DNA of 63,073 nt, counting the filler, from Collodictyon triciliatum (Eukaryota), in the NCBI GenBank assembly GCA_043381765.1. It is 7 parts of 7 records of this genome, joined end to end, with 100 filler letters (N's around TTAATTAATTAA, not from the genome) between each part and the next. Parts side by side here need not be neighbours in the genome. Positions count along the whole stretch, not along the records: positions 12,806 to 24,135 come from JBHJMP010000767.1; positions 24,236 to 34,466 come from JBHJMP010000768.1; 5 more parts are not named here. One strand, 5' to 3'. The notes under the pieces were generated by a model. It was not told where the DNA came from and made no database searches. It saw nothing but the letters and a program-made list of their open reading frames with translations. The position numbers were made by a program, and so were the translations under genes. This document shows, in pieces, positions 13,854-28,400 of the stretch. The stretch's first letter is position 1, and every line of letters starts with the position of its first letter.

Positions 13854-14333
13854 TAGATGGAATATACGCAAAGCAATTACAGAGTTGTTTATCCATGTCC
13901 TCTGCCGTTTCATTATGCTCCTAGTTAGGGGAAAAACAAAGACATCTTGGTCAACACATCCTACAAAGTGCCGCTTCACTCCGTTTCCTGCACCAAAAAG
14001 CAAAGAAAAACAGAATACATTCTCAGGACGCTAACTGTCCCGTTTTTTTCTTTTCTTCCATGATTCTCTCATGTATTGTGGAATAATTTTTATTTATTTA
14101 TTCCCCACAAAAAAAAAAAGACTTCCTTCTCCTCCGCATCGCCTATCTCCATCTGAAATCCGCACACCAAAACCAGGGTCGGCGTATTAATGGTTAGGTC
14201 AAGTGTTGAGGTAACGAGCCGCAATGTTAGAGTCGGCCCTTTCTTCGGCTCTCACAAAATAACAAAACAACAGTAAAGAAAAGAGAAATGATGAGAGGTT
14301 TCCTGACGGATATGACACTATCACCCGACGCTG

Positions 14334-17300
14334 TTATTCTCCAAGTATGTCTGCACAAGACCGCACAATCAAATCGCCAACTATTGCATCGACAACTTTG
14401 TCCAGATATTCAGCTTCTCGCCTCGCGTCAGAAACAAAGGGCGTGTCTACTTCGCGATTGTCCTTGGAAGCGTGAGACAGGACAGTGCTAAACTCGGGCA
14501 AGTCCTTTTTTCTCGAAAACATAGTCAATTCGTCGCTACGTTTCAGCACTCCGAAATCAGGTACAAGCGACTGTTCGAAGCATGCATGAACCATCTTGGA
14601 GTAATTGACAGAAAGAGATGGGCATATCAGAGACAACAATAGTAAAATGCATTATATATGGAATACGTCAGTAAATTACTGTGATGATTCATTATTATGA
14701 GAACATAATTTGTAGTTACTTTTCTCAATTCTTCCGGTTTCAGCGCTTCTCTGGAGCTTTCTTCGACTCCTTTTACATTTGCTTTCATTCCCTGAAGTAT
14801 TTGTAAGAGGAAAAACTTGATCAGGTGAAAATTTACATCGTGTAGGTGGGTAAGAGTGCATTACTTTTTCGTAAAGCTTCTCAAAATAAAAATAAAACCA
14901 AAAACAAAAACAAAAACAAAAACAAAAACAAAAACAAAAACAAAAACAAAAACAAAAATAAAAATAAAAACAAAAACAAAAACAAAAACAAAAACAAAAA
15001 CAAAAACAAAAACAAAAACAAAAACAAAAACAAAACATACGATAGAACCGGCGTGAGACTTGATGACATATTCAACCGTATCCAAAAGAAGTAGAGAAAC
15101 TGCTTGTTGGTAAGGATTCGACGATTCGTCATACAATTGCTGGAATTGTGTCCGGTGTGATGCTTTTACTGATGTTTTTTTTTTTTTTTTGTGAATTAAC
15201 TTAAAATTTTTTTGAAATAGGTGGTTACATGAGTATTGGGTCAATTATATATCCAAAGAGGAGCCAATTACGCGAGTTTGCCCTTGGATTCTCGTCGATA
15301 TGAATTGCATACAATTCAAGAATATCATCTAGCATCTGTGACAGGTGCTGTTTGCTCTAGTATATTTAGGGTGTTTAATAACTTATAGATAATGAATCAA
15401 TATATAAGTCATAGATAACATTTACATAAAGATGAGAACAATAATTAAAAGAACAAGAATAATGACAACATTATAAGGATGGTAAAGAAAAATAATCATA
15501 ACTTGATACGAGAACTGCAGTAAATCACATACAAAAAATAAATTAACATAAGCGAATTTAACCTGTTCAACAATAACATCCTCCCATATGTCAAATGTTT
15601 CCTAGATATGCCAGGGAAAAAATAAACATAAAATCAGATAGTGGTGACCATGCCCATAAAACCCTAGCGATAATTTATAGGATAAAAAAACCTTGAAACG
15701 CAAAAGGTCTGCATCTAGAGAGATTTCAGAACAAGACGACACAGGCGATTCGTCTAGATAAGAATATGTGTGCCTTTGAACCAGATTACTCAATATATAT
15801 AAGTACGCGATAAATGATTGGTGAGAGAGAAAAAGAGAGCAAACTGCTTGTGGGTGTTGTAGCATTCTCGGCTTTTGGCGATAATGACGCGGGGTTCTGT
15901 CCCAAAGGAATAGAGAGTCTATCCAATAGAGATTATATTGAATTATTTGTTCATTAGAAAAGATGGTCAAGAAATACATAATTATACGCGTCTAATTCAT
16001 GCAAAGTATTAATACGGGGGTGGCCTGTGTCCAGCAGGAATTGTGTTATCGGCTTGACTCTGGTCATCAACAGTTTCTGAGGAGTTCTTTAAGTTCTTCC
16101 CATCAATATCCTTTGGAGAGGATAAAGATTCATTCTGTTTGGTGCTGATGGTCTCGTCAATTTGCTTTGGAGATAAAGACTCGACGTCTCCAATTGCTCC
16201 TGATGACCCGACGACAGAATCATCACGCACATCATCACTAATCCAGACAGAAGCAGGAACAACAATTGGTGACGGGCTTGGATTTGTGCTTGACTTGGGG
16301 CTAGTGATGAGCGGCAGAGAGTGCTTCAGAGGAGGTAGTGCTTGGGACGGAGATGTTGGAGAGAGATTTAGCAGGAGCTCCGGAATAGCGAACTCAACAA
16401 TTATTGGTGGCGGAACAACAGAAGGTGGGCTTATGATGTTCCCTTTTGGTGAGTTTGGTGACTCATCTTTTCTTTGTTGCTGTTCTTTCTGTTGCTGTTC
16501 TTTTTGTTGCTGTTCTTTTTGTTGCTGTTCTTTTTGTTGCTGTTCTTTTTGTTGCTGTTCTTTTTGTTGCTGTTCTTTCTGCTGCTGTTCTTTCTGCTGC
16601 TGTTGAACTAATTGCTTCAAATAATTGGACTCTTGGGTCACGGAATCTATTTCTGCCTGAATCGACTTCAAGAATTGCTCCTTCTGGAGTCTCTTCAATT
16701 CATCCAGCTCCTTCTTGCGTTCTTCGAGAACCTTTTGCAGCTCCTGTAGTTCGTCCGAATCATCAGTAGGGATTTTCGGTTGGACTGCTTCAGCGGCTTC
16801 TACAAAGGTTACGATCGACGTAAAATCTTTTGCTATTCCGTTTTCTTTTTCTTTTTCAGGTGAATCATGAACAACTTCCGTGAGAGACTTCTGCTCGTTT
16901 GTCAAGAATGAGGCTTTTGCAGATATATCTTGAATCTCTACCTCCATCTGTCCGATTTCAGACTCGACTGAGTGGAGCTTTTGTTGTAGCTGTTTTCTCT
17001 GCAGTTCCTTTTCTGCCTGTTTTCTCTCAACTGCAAGGCGTCGTTTCTTTTCCTTGGCCTCTTCATATTCAACGCGAAGCCTCGCTGTTGATTGCTGCGA
17101 ATCAGTCGGAGACGGAGGGTCGTCAGGGCGATCAACAGAATTAACATCGTCCGACGGCTCCTTCTGAAGTGCTTTGAACTCAGTCACCAAGGTATTTGTA
17201 AATGCATTTGGATTTCCTTCTCTCATCTTGCGAGTAGCATCATACGTATTTGTAATGTGCTTTAGTTGTTCCTGAAGAAAGAAAATCCTTTGGGTGCTGT

Positions 17301-20251
17301 CCTTCTTCAACTTGGCTCGCAGCATCTTCAACTCAGCCTGTTCGTAGTTGTACATTTCTTTCAAGACTTCCACCTTCCCGTCGATACTCCTTGGAGTGAT
17401 ATTTCCGACCAAGGCAGGTATCTTCGTGTCTTGTCCCTTCTTTTCGCCTGATTTTGCTCGCATAAGGATGAGAATCTCGGTGCGATACTTTTCTTTTGTG
17501 GCCTTGAGTCTTAATTCTAGTATATGGTCTGCATATAGGTATTTTGTTACCACTTTTCTCGTTTAAATCTCCCATTTCTTACATTCTCATTAACATTTGG
17601 ACTATGGTCACCTCATATGATTGATTATAAAAATACGATAGGAACAACTTTCTCACCTTCGCGAGTGTGCCTTGATTCCTCCTCCTTGATAGCCTTAGAT
17701 ATGTCGCCCTCTATGCTTTGAATGTAGGAATGTGTTGAACGAGCTGAACCGGGGACCGATTCATCTTCCAAGTGAAGCGAAGAATCATTCGAGCGGTTTG
17801 TAAGTTGCAACTGAGATGAGGAATCCGACACGTATGATGAAACAGCGCGTGCCAGTGGTAATGTCGGGACTTTCAATGAATCCGATTTTCTGAATCCATC
17901 GCGAGGTGAGATTCGGGGTTCGTAGACATGCTCCTTTTGCTCATGCTTCTTTCCATCCTTGAGGATACTCGCCTCAGATGACTGTAGAGCTTGCTTCAGA
18001 TTACTTTGGCTTTCGAACTTCTTGGTTGTAGGACTTGATTCGGTGTGCACATATGCTACAACTTTTTTTGGAGGTGGAGAGCGCAAATAGTCCATGTTTC
18101 CTTGGCCTTGCTTTGGACTTCTATGTGGTACCATCTTTGGACTGGTTTGCACATCAGATAAGTGATTATGATTCCCCAATACGCTAGATTGAAGTGCACT
18201 TTGATTCGACTTCTGTGAAATATTTGATTCAGTGAAGAGGAAAAGTAATGATGAATTCTTGGTATAATTGCTGAATAATAATATAAAAAAATTGGTCTGA
18301 ATATTTGAAGACAACTTCTTTGTTATCATAAGAACGTGCTCTACATGTATGCTTGTCTCTTTCCCAAGGATTCGTTCATCGCTTTGAGCGGATTCGTTTC
18401 CAGCGTAGCCATGGTCTTCGTCTACTGAGACTCGAGGTAGTTTGACTGAGCATATGATATAAATGAGAATAATCATTAGTATAATGACATAACCAGGCTA
18501 GAATTATGTCAATATTTACGAGAATATATAAGTGTATATTATTTAGTTTTCTCCATATGTGGCGTGTAGAAACAAAAATAAAGTAAAATTAAAAGATAGA
18601 GAATGAATGAGGTGTCTCCTTTGATTACTGATTTCTGCATTTCTCTTCACATCAATTTCTTTTTTGGCCTCAGGATTGATAGCGGCACCAGTGTTTGTAT
18701 CACTATGATATGATTAGTTCCCTTAAGACTCGGACAAAATGCAACGATATAATGAGGAAAATACAAACAAATTAAATAAAAAAAATAGTAACAAAATGAA
18801 ATAAAAAATCAGAAGAGCAATATGGCATACCCTCCTACAAGAGTCTCTTTCGAAATAGAAGGCGATTTCAAATCCCCGAGTTCAAGTTTTCCTGCTGATT
18901 GGGGAGTCTGTGTGGGCTGAGAAACCTCTTCGAATTCCGGGACACGAAGGGGAGACAATATCTTTGAGTGATTTGCACGCTCCTCAACAGTGCTTGGCTG
19001 TGAGAGAAGTCTCACAAAGAGCGAATCGTCTGTATTCAAGGTGCTACTATTTATGCCACTAGTGTATTCCACCTCTGTGTTCTGCGTTTCATCAATTGAG
19101 TTAATTGGAGCCTTTTGAAAAACTATGTAATTTGTGTCCTATTTGTTCCAATTAAAATTTTCGAGAGAAATAATACATACCGATGGCACATTCAGTTTTG
19201 ATACTGTTGAATTCATCACATCTGTGACTGTTGCGATAATTCTTAGATAATATCATATGCTATTTAAAACTATGAATATTATATATAAAAAAATATATCG
19301 ACGAATTATTAAAGTTAAATTTGGCAGTGTACCTTTCTGATCAGATGACTTTTCGAAAGTGTGAATGGGACTTTTGTTTGGCTAGGCATCGAATATTAAA
19401 GATATTTAACATAGGTCGTAGACAAATTGCGAAGCGAGGAAAGATAATCAATCAAATTGTTGGTCATAAGTTGGTATTTTGCTGGGAATATTAGCACGTC
19501 TGGCTTTCAGACCTTCTCAACGGTTCCTTGTGCTGCCTTCAAATGCTTGTCCTGATGTAAATAATTTTGATCAACATGGATCAGTATAAACAACAGCCAA
19601 AATCAGTCAAAAACCCAAAAAAAAAACTAGAATTTTTCTATTGAAAACAGGAAATTAAATGGTACTCTGACTGGGCTGTGATAAATCAGTGGTGAATCAG
19701 TTTCCATGGGAGTTGGAACAAAGCTATCAGATATATTTTTTTTCATGAATACACTATGATAAAATGGGAGAGCAGTGGAGTGCCAGCGCCAACGAGATTT
19801 GTCAAAAACAATACATACTTTTCTTCTCGACCGAGAGGCAACGAATGAACGGAGTAGAAGTGTTTGCTAGCTTCTTCCGAGGGTATTTGCAGTTCATTTG
19901 AGCGACTAAAATAGAAGGGAAGAATATACAATCAAATCTGCTGTTGCATATTCTTTTATTCAAATAAAATTATTGAAACAACATAGTTGCCAACCATATT
20001 TATCTCGCTCTTACAGTTTCTCCGCAAATAAGCTGATACTTGGGACAAATGACTCTGCTTTTTTGGGAGGGCTGCCTACGTGTTGATAAAAAAAAAATCA
20101 ACACAATTATAATTTTTTTATAAGATCATATTCTTTAGTGTTATTTACAAAGTCACAGTTATAAATACATGCATGACTTGTGAGCTGAATATACCTTTAT
20201 ATGGATTTGATTTCGATTCGTGGGTCTATGTTGTTGTTGTTGTTGTTGTTG

Positions 20252-20283
<32 letters not shown>

Positions 20284-23020
20284 NNNNNNNNNNNNNNNNN
20301 NNNNNNNNNNNNNNNNNNNNNNNNNNNNNNNNNNNNNNNNNNNNNNNNNNNNNNNNNNNNNNNNNNNNNNNNNNNNNNNNNNNTTGGGTTGAAATTTCCT
20401 TTTTATTGATTTTATTTTCATTTGTGGGGTTATTTTTTTTTTGTTTTTTTTTTTAAAAAAAAAAAAAAAAAGAAGAAGAAGAGAGGAAATATTGATTTAG
20501 ATAGCGTGCCTATTTTTCACTGAACATGAGTTGTTATGAATATGATAAAACGATGAGAACCTTTGAATGGGACCCATAACCCCAGTAGAGAGACTCCCTT
20601 GATTTTTCACGCTACAAAAGTGAATATTAAGAAAAAAAACACTCACCCAGTTTTAAATATAGTATGGCTCTAATGTACTGATTCTGGAAGACGGAGAGAG
20701 AAAAAAAGGAAAAATGAACGAAGATGATTCAATTATAGATTCAGAATAAAATAAAAATACGGATGGTTCATTGAATGTAGTCTCTTTTGTTTGGTAAATA
20801 TTTGGCTCGTCTTTTTCTTCAAATTCTGTGAGACAATAAAAAAAAAAAATTAAAAAAACTTCTTTTTACCAAAGCCATTCCTTTATTTTATCATTGATGT
20901 TTAATTTAGAATAGGTAGCATGCAATTTATTTTATTTTTTTTTTATCATTTGAATCGCTATTGAATCGAATAAAGGAAAAAATCATTTGTATCGCTTAAG
21001 GACAGGAAATACTTTTTAGATAATCTGCAACGGATGCGGGGCTGTAAATCCGGCGACTTTGTTCCATAAATTGCTGTTGATTTAGTTTTCTTGAATATTC
21101 TGATGAACTGAATGATTTGTTAGATGACTCTCTCTTTGTATGTGGAACGAAACCATAGCCATATGCATCTGAAGAACTGGAATCCTGTTTGAATAAGTTG
21201 AATAGCAATCATGAATATACATAAACGAAATAATACTAAATCTAATCATCTTGAAGGGGGATTTCAAGGCGAATATTTTGCAAAATCCATAATTTATCGT
21301 TTCAATAAATATTATCGTCTTTTTCCAAAACTTCTGCTAGTCAACAGCAGGAAAATAAATATGATTTTTAATAAAATAAAAAGAAGTGTTTAAACGAGAA
21401 GTTACAGCTAAAGGACGATATTTTGAAGACACCAAATTAGTTCTGCTTTTAGACCCTGCTGAAACAAATTGATAAAATAAGTTTTGTATGCGTGATATAC
21501 TATCAATGAGAAAAATGGCGTCAGTTCATGACACGCGGCTGATATTGTCCAAGGAACAAAGGAAGGGAACCTGAAGAAATATCATCAAAGGATGGAGTAC
21601 ATACCCACATTCGGATTGAATAATTCGTGTCCAGTCATAAATCTGCAGCCAGATATGGCATATCAGATTCAAAAAAAAATTAGTTAGGAAAAGAAATAGG
21701 ATATCCTCTCATCTAGTTACTTGTTAACAAGAATAAGGAGATAAACATTTAAATTATAATGCAATCGACGTGTTTTGTGTCCAATAATTTGCTTACGAGT
21801 TGTAGTTCATTTCAGGGGTTTCTTGTCTGATACTCGAAGATGATGACATAGATAAATCAGCTCTAATTGATGAAACCGAAATAGTTCAACTTTTTTAAAA
21901 AAAGAAAATATTACAATAATCGGCGCATACTTTAAAAAAATACGCTGTGAATATCAGTTATTGAATATAGACTTGGCCTTTGAAGAGTCATCGATTCGAC
22001 GAGCAAACTGGCTGAATTTTTTTAAATAGTCTCGCTCCTAAAGACAAAAGAGTTTATCGATTAATTGTTGGTTTTATAATATTTATTTGCCAAGAAGAGT
22101 CTTCGAAATTTATGAGTCTAATTGTGTATATTCAGAACCTCCAAAGTCCCCAATCTTGCATGTGGGCTTTGCGACGTTCTATGCTGCTTTAGATAGTTCG
22201 GCAAGTTCTGACTCGAATCAGAGCTTTCAATTGTTTTCTACAAGGTTATTTCCGCGTTATAATAATGTCATATTGTAAACTCCCATAAAATACCGATAAA
22301 TTTGCTGATAACGGAGATTGGTATGGTATTGGTACTTCAGTATTCAAATATAGTTCAAATATGTGTTTATATAGCCGATACACTACCGTATGACGTTGAT
22401 AGTCAGAAGTAGAATATAATCCTTAACATAAAAAAAAAAGCATTTAGGAAGGAACATTTTGTGGAAACCTATTCATCGTTTGTTTTTGTTTTTTTGGGGA
22501 AAAAAATATTCTTTTTGTACCATCCGATCTATACTCTGCTCGTGAGTACTTTGTTGAATTTGACTTCGGCATTAACCCATCTGGTTGTCGGCCTATATGA
22601 CTGTCACGCTCCTCGAAGGAACCTGGTGAAGAGAATAAGTTATACTGCGTAGATAGAAGTATGTAGGATAAAGATGGTACCGTAATATCCCAGCCTATCT
22701 GTTGATGCCATCTTTGTCGTCCTTGTAGGATTTCGTTCCTGCAACTCCATAATCAGCTTGTCAATCCTCTGCAAGGAGTCAGAGTTTTGTGTGTAAGAAG
22801 TTTGTGTGGGCGCAATCAAAGGCGCTCCCGAGACTGAAGCGTTTCCGACCGCATCGATGCGTGGATAGAGCGATGCTTGTGAAGAAACTGGAATCCCTGG
22901 GCGACTGAACGGCAGCGAGTTTGTGGAAGAAGTCGAAGGAAAAATATTGCGCGGCTTCACAGAGGGGATCTGAGAGTTGCCAAAGGCCCGATTTTCGTTC
23001 GGGGACGTGCGGTTCAACAT
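14334..23020 (-). CDS. Large Ser-rich/coiled-coil protein, CEP350 (CAP350)-like, multi-exon
   Basis: Spliced KEEESRHTREDHILELRLKATKEKYRTEILIL..EQAELKMLRAKLKKDSTQRIFFLQEQ resembles the conserved CEP350 segment KEEEMRAAHQSSLLRLREKALKEKTKAELAWL..EKAEIKRLQ..ERQLILKQQ (recalled). C-terminus EYLDKVVDAIVGDLIVRSCADIL is DUF4378/TRM-like. Internal QQQKE repeats. Many small middle exons are not fully resolved. Confidence 0.65.
20945..20996 (+). mobile_element. Ultra-short LINE 3'-tip insertion (20960-20981) with 15-bp TSD (1 mismatch)
   Basis: ATCATTTGAATCGCT (20945-20959) and ATCATTTGTATCGCT (20982-20996) flank ATTGAATCGAATAAAGGAAAAA; preceded by a T-run. Confidence 0.8.
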
Positions 23021-23924
23021 AGTAGCTGTGTAGAGACTCTTTTAAAAAAAAAATATATAGAAAGGTATAATACATATGGAAGTATAATAACTATAAAAAA
23101 ATAAGAAAAAAAGGGCTTGAAAAGCATAAAGGAAAGGACGCGATTGCATAATGAGGAACGATCACTCTCGGTTGATCGAATGGGTGGAAAAGCTACGGAG
23201 AAGAGAAAAAAGCGAGGACGTGTCTTTGTCCGGGTCACCATATTCTTTTATTATTATTTTACGACTACTTTTCGTTCCTCTAACTGGTTAGGAGTGTTTT
23301 GATCAAGATGGTTGCCAAGTCGAGTTTATGAGTAAGAGCTTGCATAGTATTGTTTGATCGTGTGGGGAAAAAAAAAAACAGAGGAAGAAGCGCGCACAAG
23401 AGGCGAGCCAAGCCGCCACACGACAAGGAGGTGTTTGGAGAACATTTTATTGCCGTTGCATTAAGAGACGTGGATGCGCAGTGAGACTCAAACCTTTGCT
23501 GGTACATGTCTATAAGAGTTTTTAATCTGTTCTAAATCACTATGATTGAACATAGTCGACAGATCAACATAAAAAAGAACTTTTTAACGAAACCAAACAA
23601 AATAAAATCGCATAACATATAAATTCCAGGTATAGGAATTACCTTATGTGGCCGAATTAGAACGGAACGGCATCTCATTCCAGCTAGAATGTTTCACTTG
23701 ATCAGGCATGCAGGACAATTTTGGATCAGAGTGGGCCGGCAATAAGCGAGTGATGAGATGGGGGATCGTCCTTTTTCTGGAGAGCGAGTGGGAGTGGCTT
23801 TGCCAGTGTTTGTGGGCCGCGTCGACCAAGTAACGAGCAACTCTTGTAAGACTTTAGGCCAAGACTCGCATCACCTGTCGATATGTCCGATCGCTTCATT
23901 CGCGCCTCTGGTGAGCAATCTACA

Positions 23925-24125
23925 AAAACACACCGATAAAAAAAACCCATAAAAGAAAAAACACCAATAAAAAAACCGATAAAAAAAACACCGATAAAAA
24001 AACACCGATAAAAAAACACCGATAAAAAAAACACCGATAAAAAAAACACCGATAAAAAAAACACCGATAAAAAAAACACCGATAAAAAAAACACCGATAA
24101 AAAAAACACCGATAAAAAAAACACA
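23925..24125. repeat. Tandem 14-15 bp minisatellite (ACACCGATAAAAAAA)n at a scaffold end
   Basis: Directly visible tandem units. Confidence 0.9.
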
Positions 24126-24235
24126 GAAAAAAAAANNNNNNNNNNNNNNNNNNNNNNNNNNNNNNNNNNNNNNNNNNNNTTAATTAATTAANNNNNNNNN
24201 NNNNNNNNNNNNNNNNNNNNNNNNNNNNNNNNNNN

Positions 24236-24349
<114 letters not shown>

Positions 24350-25452
24350 AAAAAAAACAAAAAAACAAAAAAAAACAAAAAAAACAAAAAAACAAAAAAA
24401 CAAAAAAACAAAAAAACAAAAAAACCCAAAATTAATGATTTAACTGCGACTTAATTCTTTATGTCCTCTTCACTCTCATTCCAAACACAACGCAAAGCTG
24501 TTCCATTCGAGGCGGACTGGACCCTAGAGGAGTGTATTAATTCTGTGCCTCGATTTCTCGATTACATCATCGAGGGGGTCAAGTATAAGAGCCCCCATAT
24601 ATATTCAGTTGGGCGATGCCCAGCATACCGACCAAGCTGCAGACTCACACAGGACTTGCTGGGCTCGAGATACAGCGCCCTGCTGTCCACAGGCAAGTTT
24701 TCTGGTGTGCCCAACGGTGCGCGTCTATCTGGAGCATGTAGCAAACTTACATGGGAGGGAAATGAAAATCTTAAAGACCGTGCAAGGGAATTCTCGTGGC
24801 TCTTTTTACGACTCCCTGATGGCGTTCGCGAAACCGTGCTGATGGACTTTGTAGAAGAGTGGTCGCTTTGGTCGGTGAACTTTGAGGTCGACTTGGTGCC
24901 AGCGTTTCTGGATTCCTGCTTTGGTGCCACCGCGGACACACACAAAGTCTCAATCTAGTAATGAATAAATCTGTGCATACATCAATCACGCCGTATCTTT
25001 AGCTCATGGAAAATATTTTTAAAACAAATGAGGCTTCAAATACGATGTTTGCCCGAAAGTAAGCATCTGTTTTGTGGGTGGTTGGCTTGCCAAAAAAGAA
25101 GAGAAGAAAAGATACCATACATTAGTTATGGTGCTACATGTTTGGCGGAAATTTCGATTACCTTTCGGAAAAGGAAGCACGCAATCTAGATTGGCACATA
25201 CTTAAAAGAGAGTATGCTGCGTGGTTGGTTTGGAAAGGGAATGAGAGGAAAGGCTGTGTTGGAAGTGGGCTGCCATCCTAATAGAGTCACACGTGTTGAA
25301 GGAGAGGCAGTTTGTTCATTCAGCAGGGGCAGTGTATACTTCTTTTCGAACTGACTCTCTTGTGAACGAGATAATATATGCACTCTTTTTATTTTTTTAT
25401 TTTTTATTTTTATTTTTTATAATATTTGATAGATTCGAGAAACTCGAAAAGA

Positions 25453-28400
25453 ATGGATCAAGCAAATCCGCTTCTTTCTTGGATGGTAACGCGATACATA
25501 CCCGTTGGTTGGTGGCGTGATTGCATCTGTTCATTATGCATTTTTATGCGTGCCGATTATCCCTACTGTCTCAATACATATATACTCCGCATTATAACCA
25601 TCCCATTTTTGTATCAATTGATTGATAGCATTTCGTTTTATTATATATATATACTTAGTTCCTAATTCCACTTTTTTTTTTTTGCAACGCCGTGAAGGGA
25701 AGCAGTTCAGCCGCCGTAAACTCTTGCATTCGTTTTCAGAACAATAATTTAAATCCATATATTATCGGATGAAAATATTAATTTGCTTATTTTCAACTAT
25801 ACCCTTACTTATATCTTTAAAAGCAATTATCTGTTCTTTTCTCAATACATGCAATTACAGTCCTGGCTTTTCTGGAAGGATTTTTCATCTTGGCTGACCC
25901 ATCAAAACGACACCTTACTCTGAAAAAGCCGGTCGGATCAATAATCAGCGCATCTTTTGATCAGAAAAGCGATTCTTTATTTCGTGTCATATTTGGGGAC
26001 GGGGATGTGGTAATTCAACATTCTTATCAGCAGCAAAGCAGCAATTATGATAGCAGTTTCAACATATTTCTATATTGGCTTTGCTTTCATAACGCACATT
26101 CTAGTATTATTTATTGATTCTCTGAACCGAAGCCAACATCTCCACCATCCTGCACAAAATTGAAAGGAAGAATAAAAAATAATCATTTATTGATTCTCTA
26201 GAATACTCTAAAATACATATTTAATATTGGTTTTTGTGTTGTCCAGATTATCCTGATATCGGAGAACAGAGCGCAGATACTTAAGGCTTTAGATCACTGC
26301 ATACGTTTCCAGACTATCGAGCATATCATATCAGATGAAGAGCCTGATTTCAGCTCAGTTTGCTTCGATGTAAAAGCTGTCGATCGATTTGGAAACTTAC
26401 ATACGCATTGTATGTTACAATACTAACGCAGCCATATTCATGCATCGCGCATTTTTCATCACCCATGTAAGTAAGATAAATCCTTCGATAATTATTAAAG
26501 GGCTGCGACTGAACCCTGAATTTGTGCTGCATATTGACAAGGGATCTGGAAGAGTTTTGCTCAAGCACAAATATGACCAAATATCAGACTTTGAAAAAAC
26601 CGGAGACAAATACTCTATAAAATATGAAAAGGAAAAGGTTTTAGATTATTATCCCACGATCACATATATGTTGGTCTAGTTGTTTATTTATTAACCCTCA
26701 TCTGAAGATTCAGCTTAAGAATTTTTTACAATATTGGGATGCTGCATTTGTGTTTTCCTTCCTTAAAACTCACCATGCTCAATAAAATAACCAAGGGGTA
26801 TCATTTTTATGTTGATAGACAAGACGACATCCACGTGATGGTTTCGTTAATATCTGCTAGAATTTACATTCAAAGTAAGCGTCATACATTATTCAGATAT
26901 GTTCATTTTCCTATTCTCAATATTTAATTTTCTGTGCTTCACCTGAGAAGGTTATATTCGCTTCCAAATAAGCATGAATAATTTTTTTTGACTGTATGAA
27001 GAAAAACCTCATAAATGGTGAAAACAAAAAACAAAAAACAAAAAACAAAAAACAAAAAACAAAAAACAAAAAACAAAAAAAAAAAANNNNNNNNNNNNNN
27101 NNNNNNNNNNNNNNNNNNNNNNNNNNNNNNNNNNNNNNNNNNNNNNNNNNNNNNNNNNNNNNNNNNNNNNNNNNNNNNNNNNNNNNAAAAAACAAAAAAC
27201 AAAAAACAAAAAACAAAAAACAAAAAACAAAAAACAAAAAACAAAAAACAAAAAACAAAAAACAAAAAACAAAAAACAAAAAAACCAAAAAAACAAAAAA
27301 AAATTAGTGCGGTAGATACTAATTATACCATCAGGACTACAAGACAGCTGCGCTATTGAAGCTGAGCAAGTATTTGACGATGCAGATAATCAGGTCAATT
27401 AATTCGCAACTAAAAGGAGCTGATAGGCTTTCTGAATCACAGATGTTTTATGAAAAAAATATAACTCGATACGGAAGAATTAATTTGCCATAATACAACA
27501 GATATTCATAGAAAACGATGTCCCAGTACATAGAGAAGCTGATGAGAGGGAAAGAAATTTGATCGATACAATTAATCGAGGATTTCCACCGACCATGCGT
27601 ATCATAGAACCCCTTTTTCCACCTCAGACACGCCGCATAGGTATGCTGTTCTGGCGATATATCAACAACCATTTTTTTCATCTGCTTGATATATAAAGGG
27701 AATTTTATCATGAATTATGAGGTGAAATCGGCCATAGCAAAAACATGTGTGTATTCTTATATCTGGCCATGTCGGGTTTTCTATCCCTCACTCAGACCCA
27801 CCAGCCACGATACAAACCGAGTGTATGGACTCTGATAACGAAAAATTAAATGAAAAGAACGAAATCGTCCTAAAATCCAAATCACCAATAGCAGAATCAC
27901 CCGATATGTATGTATTTTAACCCAACATAAATCCAATCTAAAAAAAAAATAATCTAGAATTATATTCATGTAAGTAAAGAATTAATACACTTTTTTTTTT
28001 TGCACGCTTCCATGATATATTGAATTCATTTTCATAAGTTATCTCGGTGTATTGACAGTTTATTCACCAGGGACCTCAGGCATCCCTCTAATCTCAACAA
28101 AATTAGCTCTCCATTCTCTGATATTCAAACATCCAATTTGAATTCGAGTGCGAGCACAGAGTATTCCTTACATTCGTCTCAAGGGATTCCTCATAACGTT
28201 CGGATACAATCATCAGAAAGATGTGATATCGCTGTTCAATCTGAATTTTCCAATCAAAAAAGCCAAAAACCTATCGTACAGCGGTAAGAAAATCTAGTTA
28301 ATATTCTCATTCTTATTATTTTTCAATCAAGTAATTTATTATTTTGGTTTAATACCATAAAATTCCTACTTCTTGTTTTCTTTTATTTAAAAATAAAAAG

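Noticed and set aside
13105-14230. Possible minus-strand exons downstream of the CEP350-like stop
   Set aside because: Splice phases could not be reconciled into an open frame, and there is no recognisable motif.
20384-20470. Degenerate duplicate of 20180-20283 across an N gap
   Set aside because: Looks like a low-quality read-through copy of the same sequence after a homopolymer (assembly artefact).
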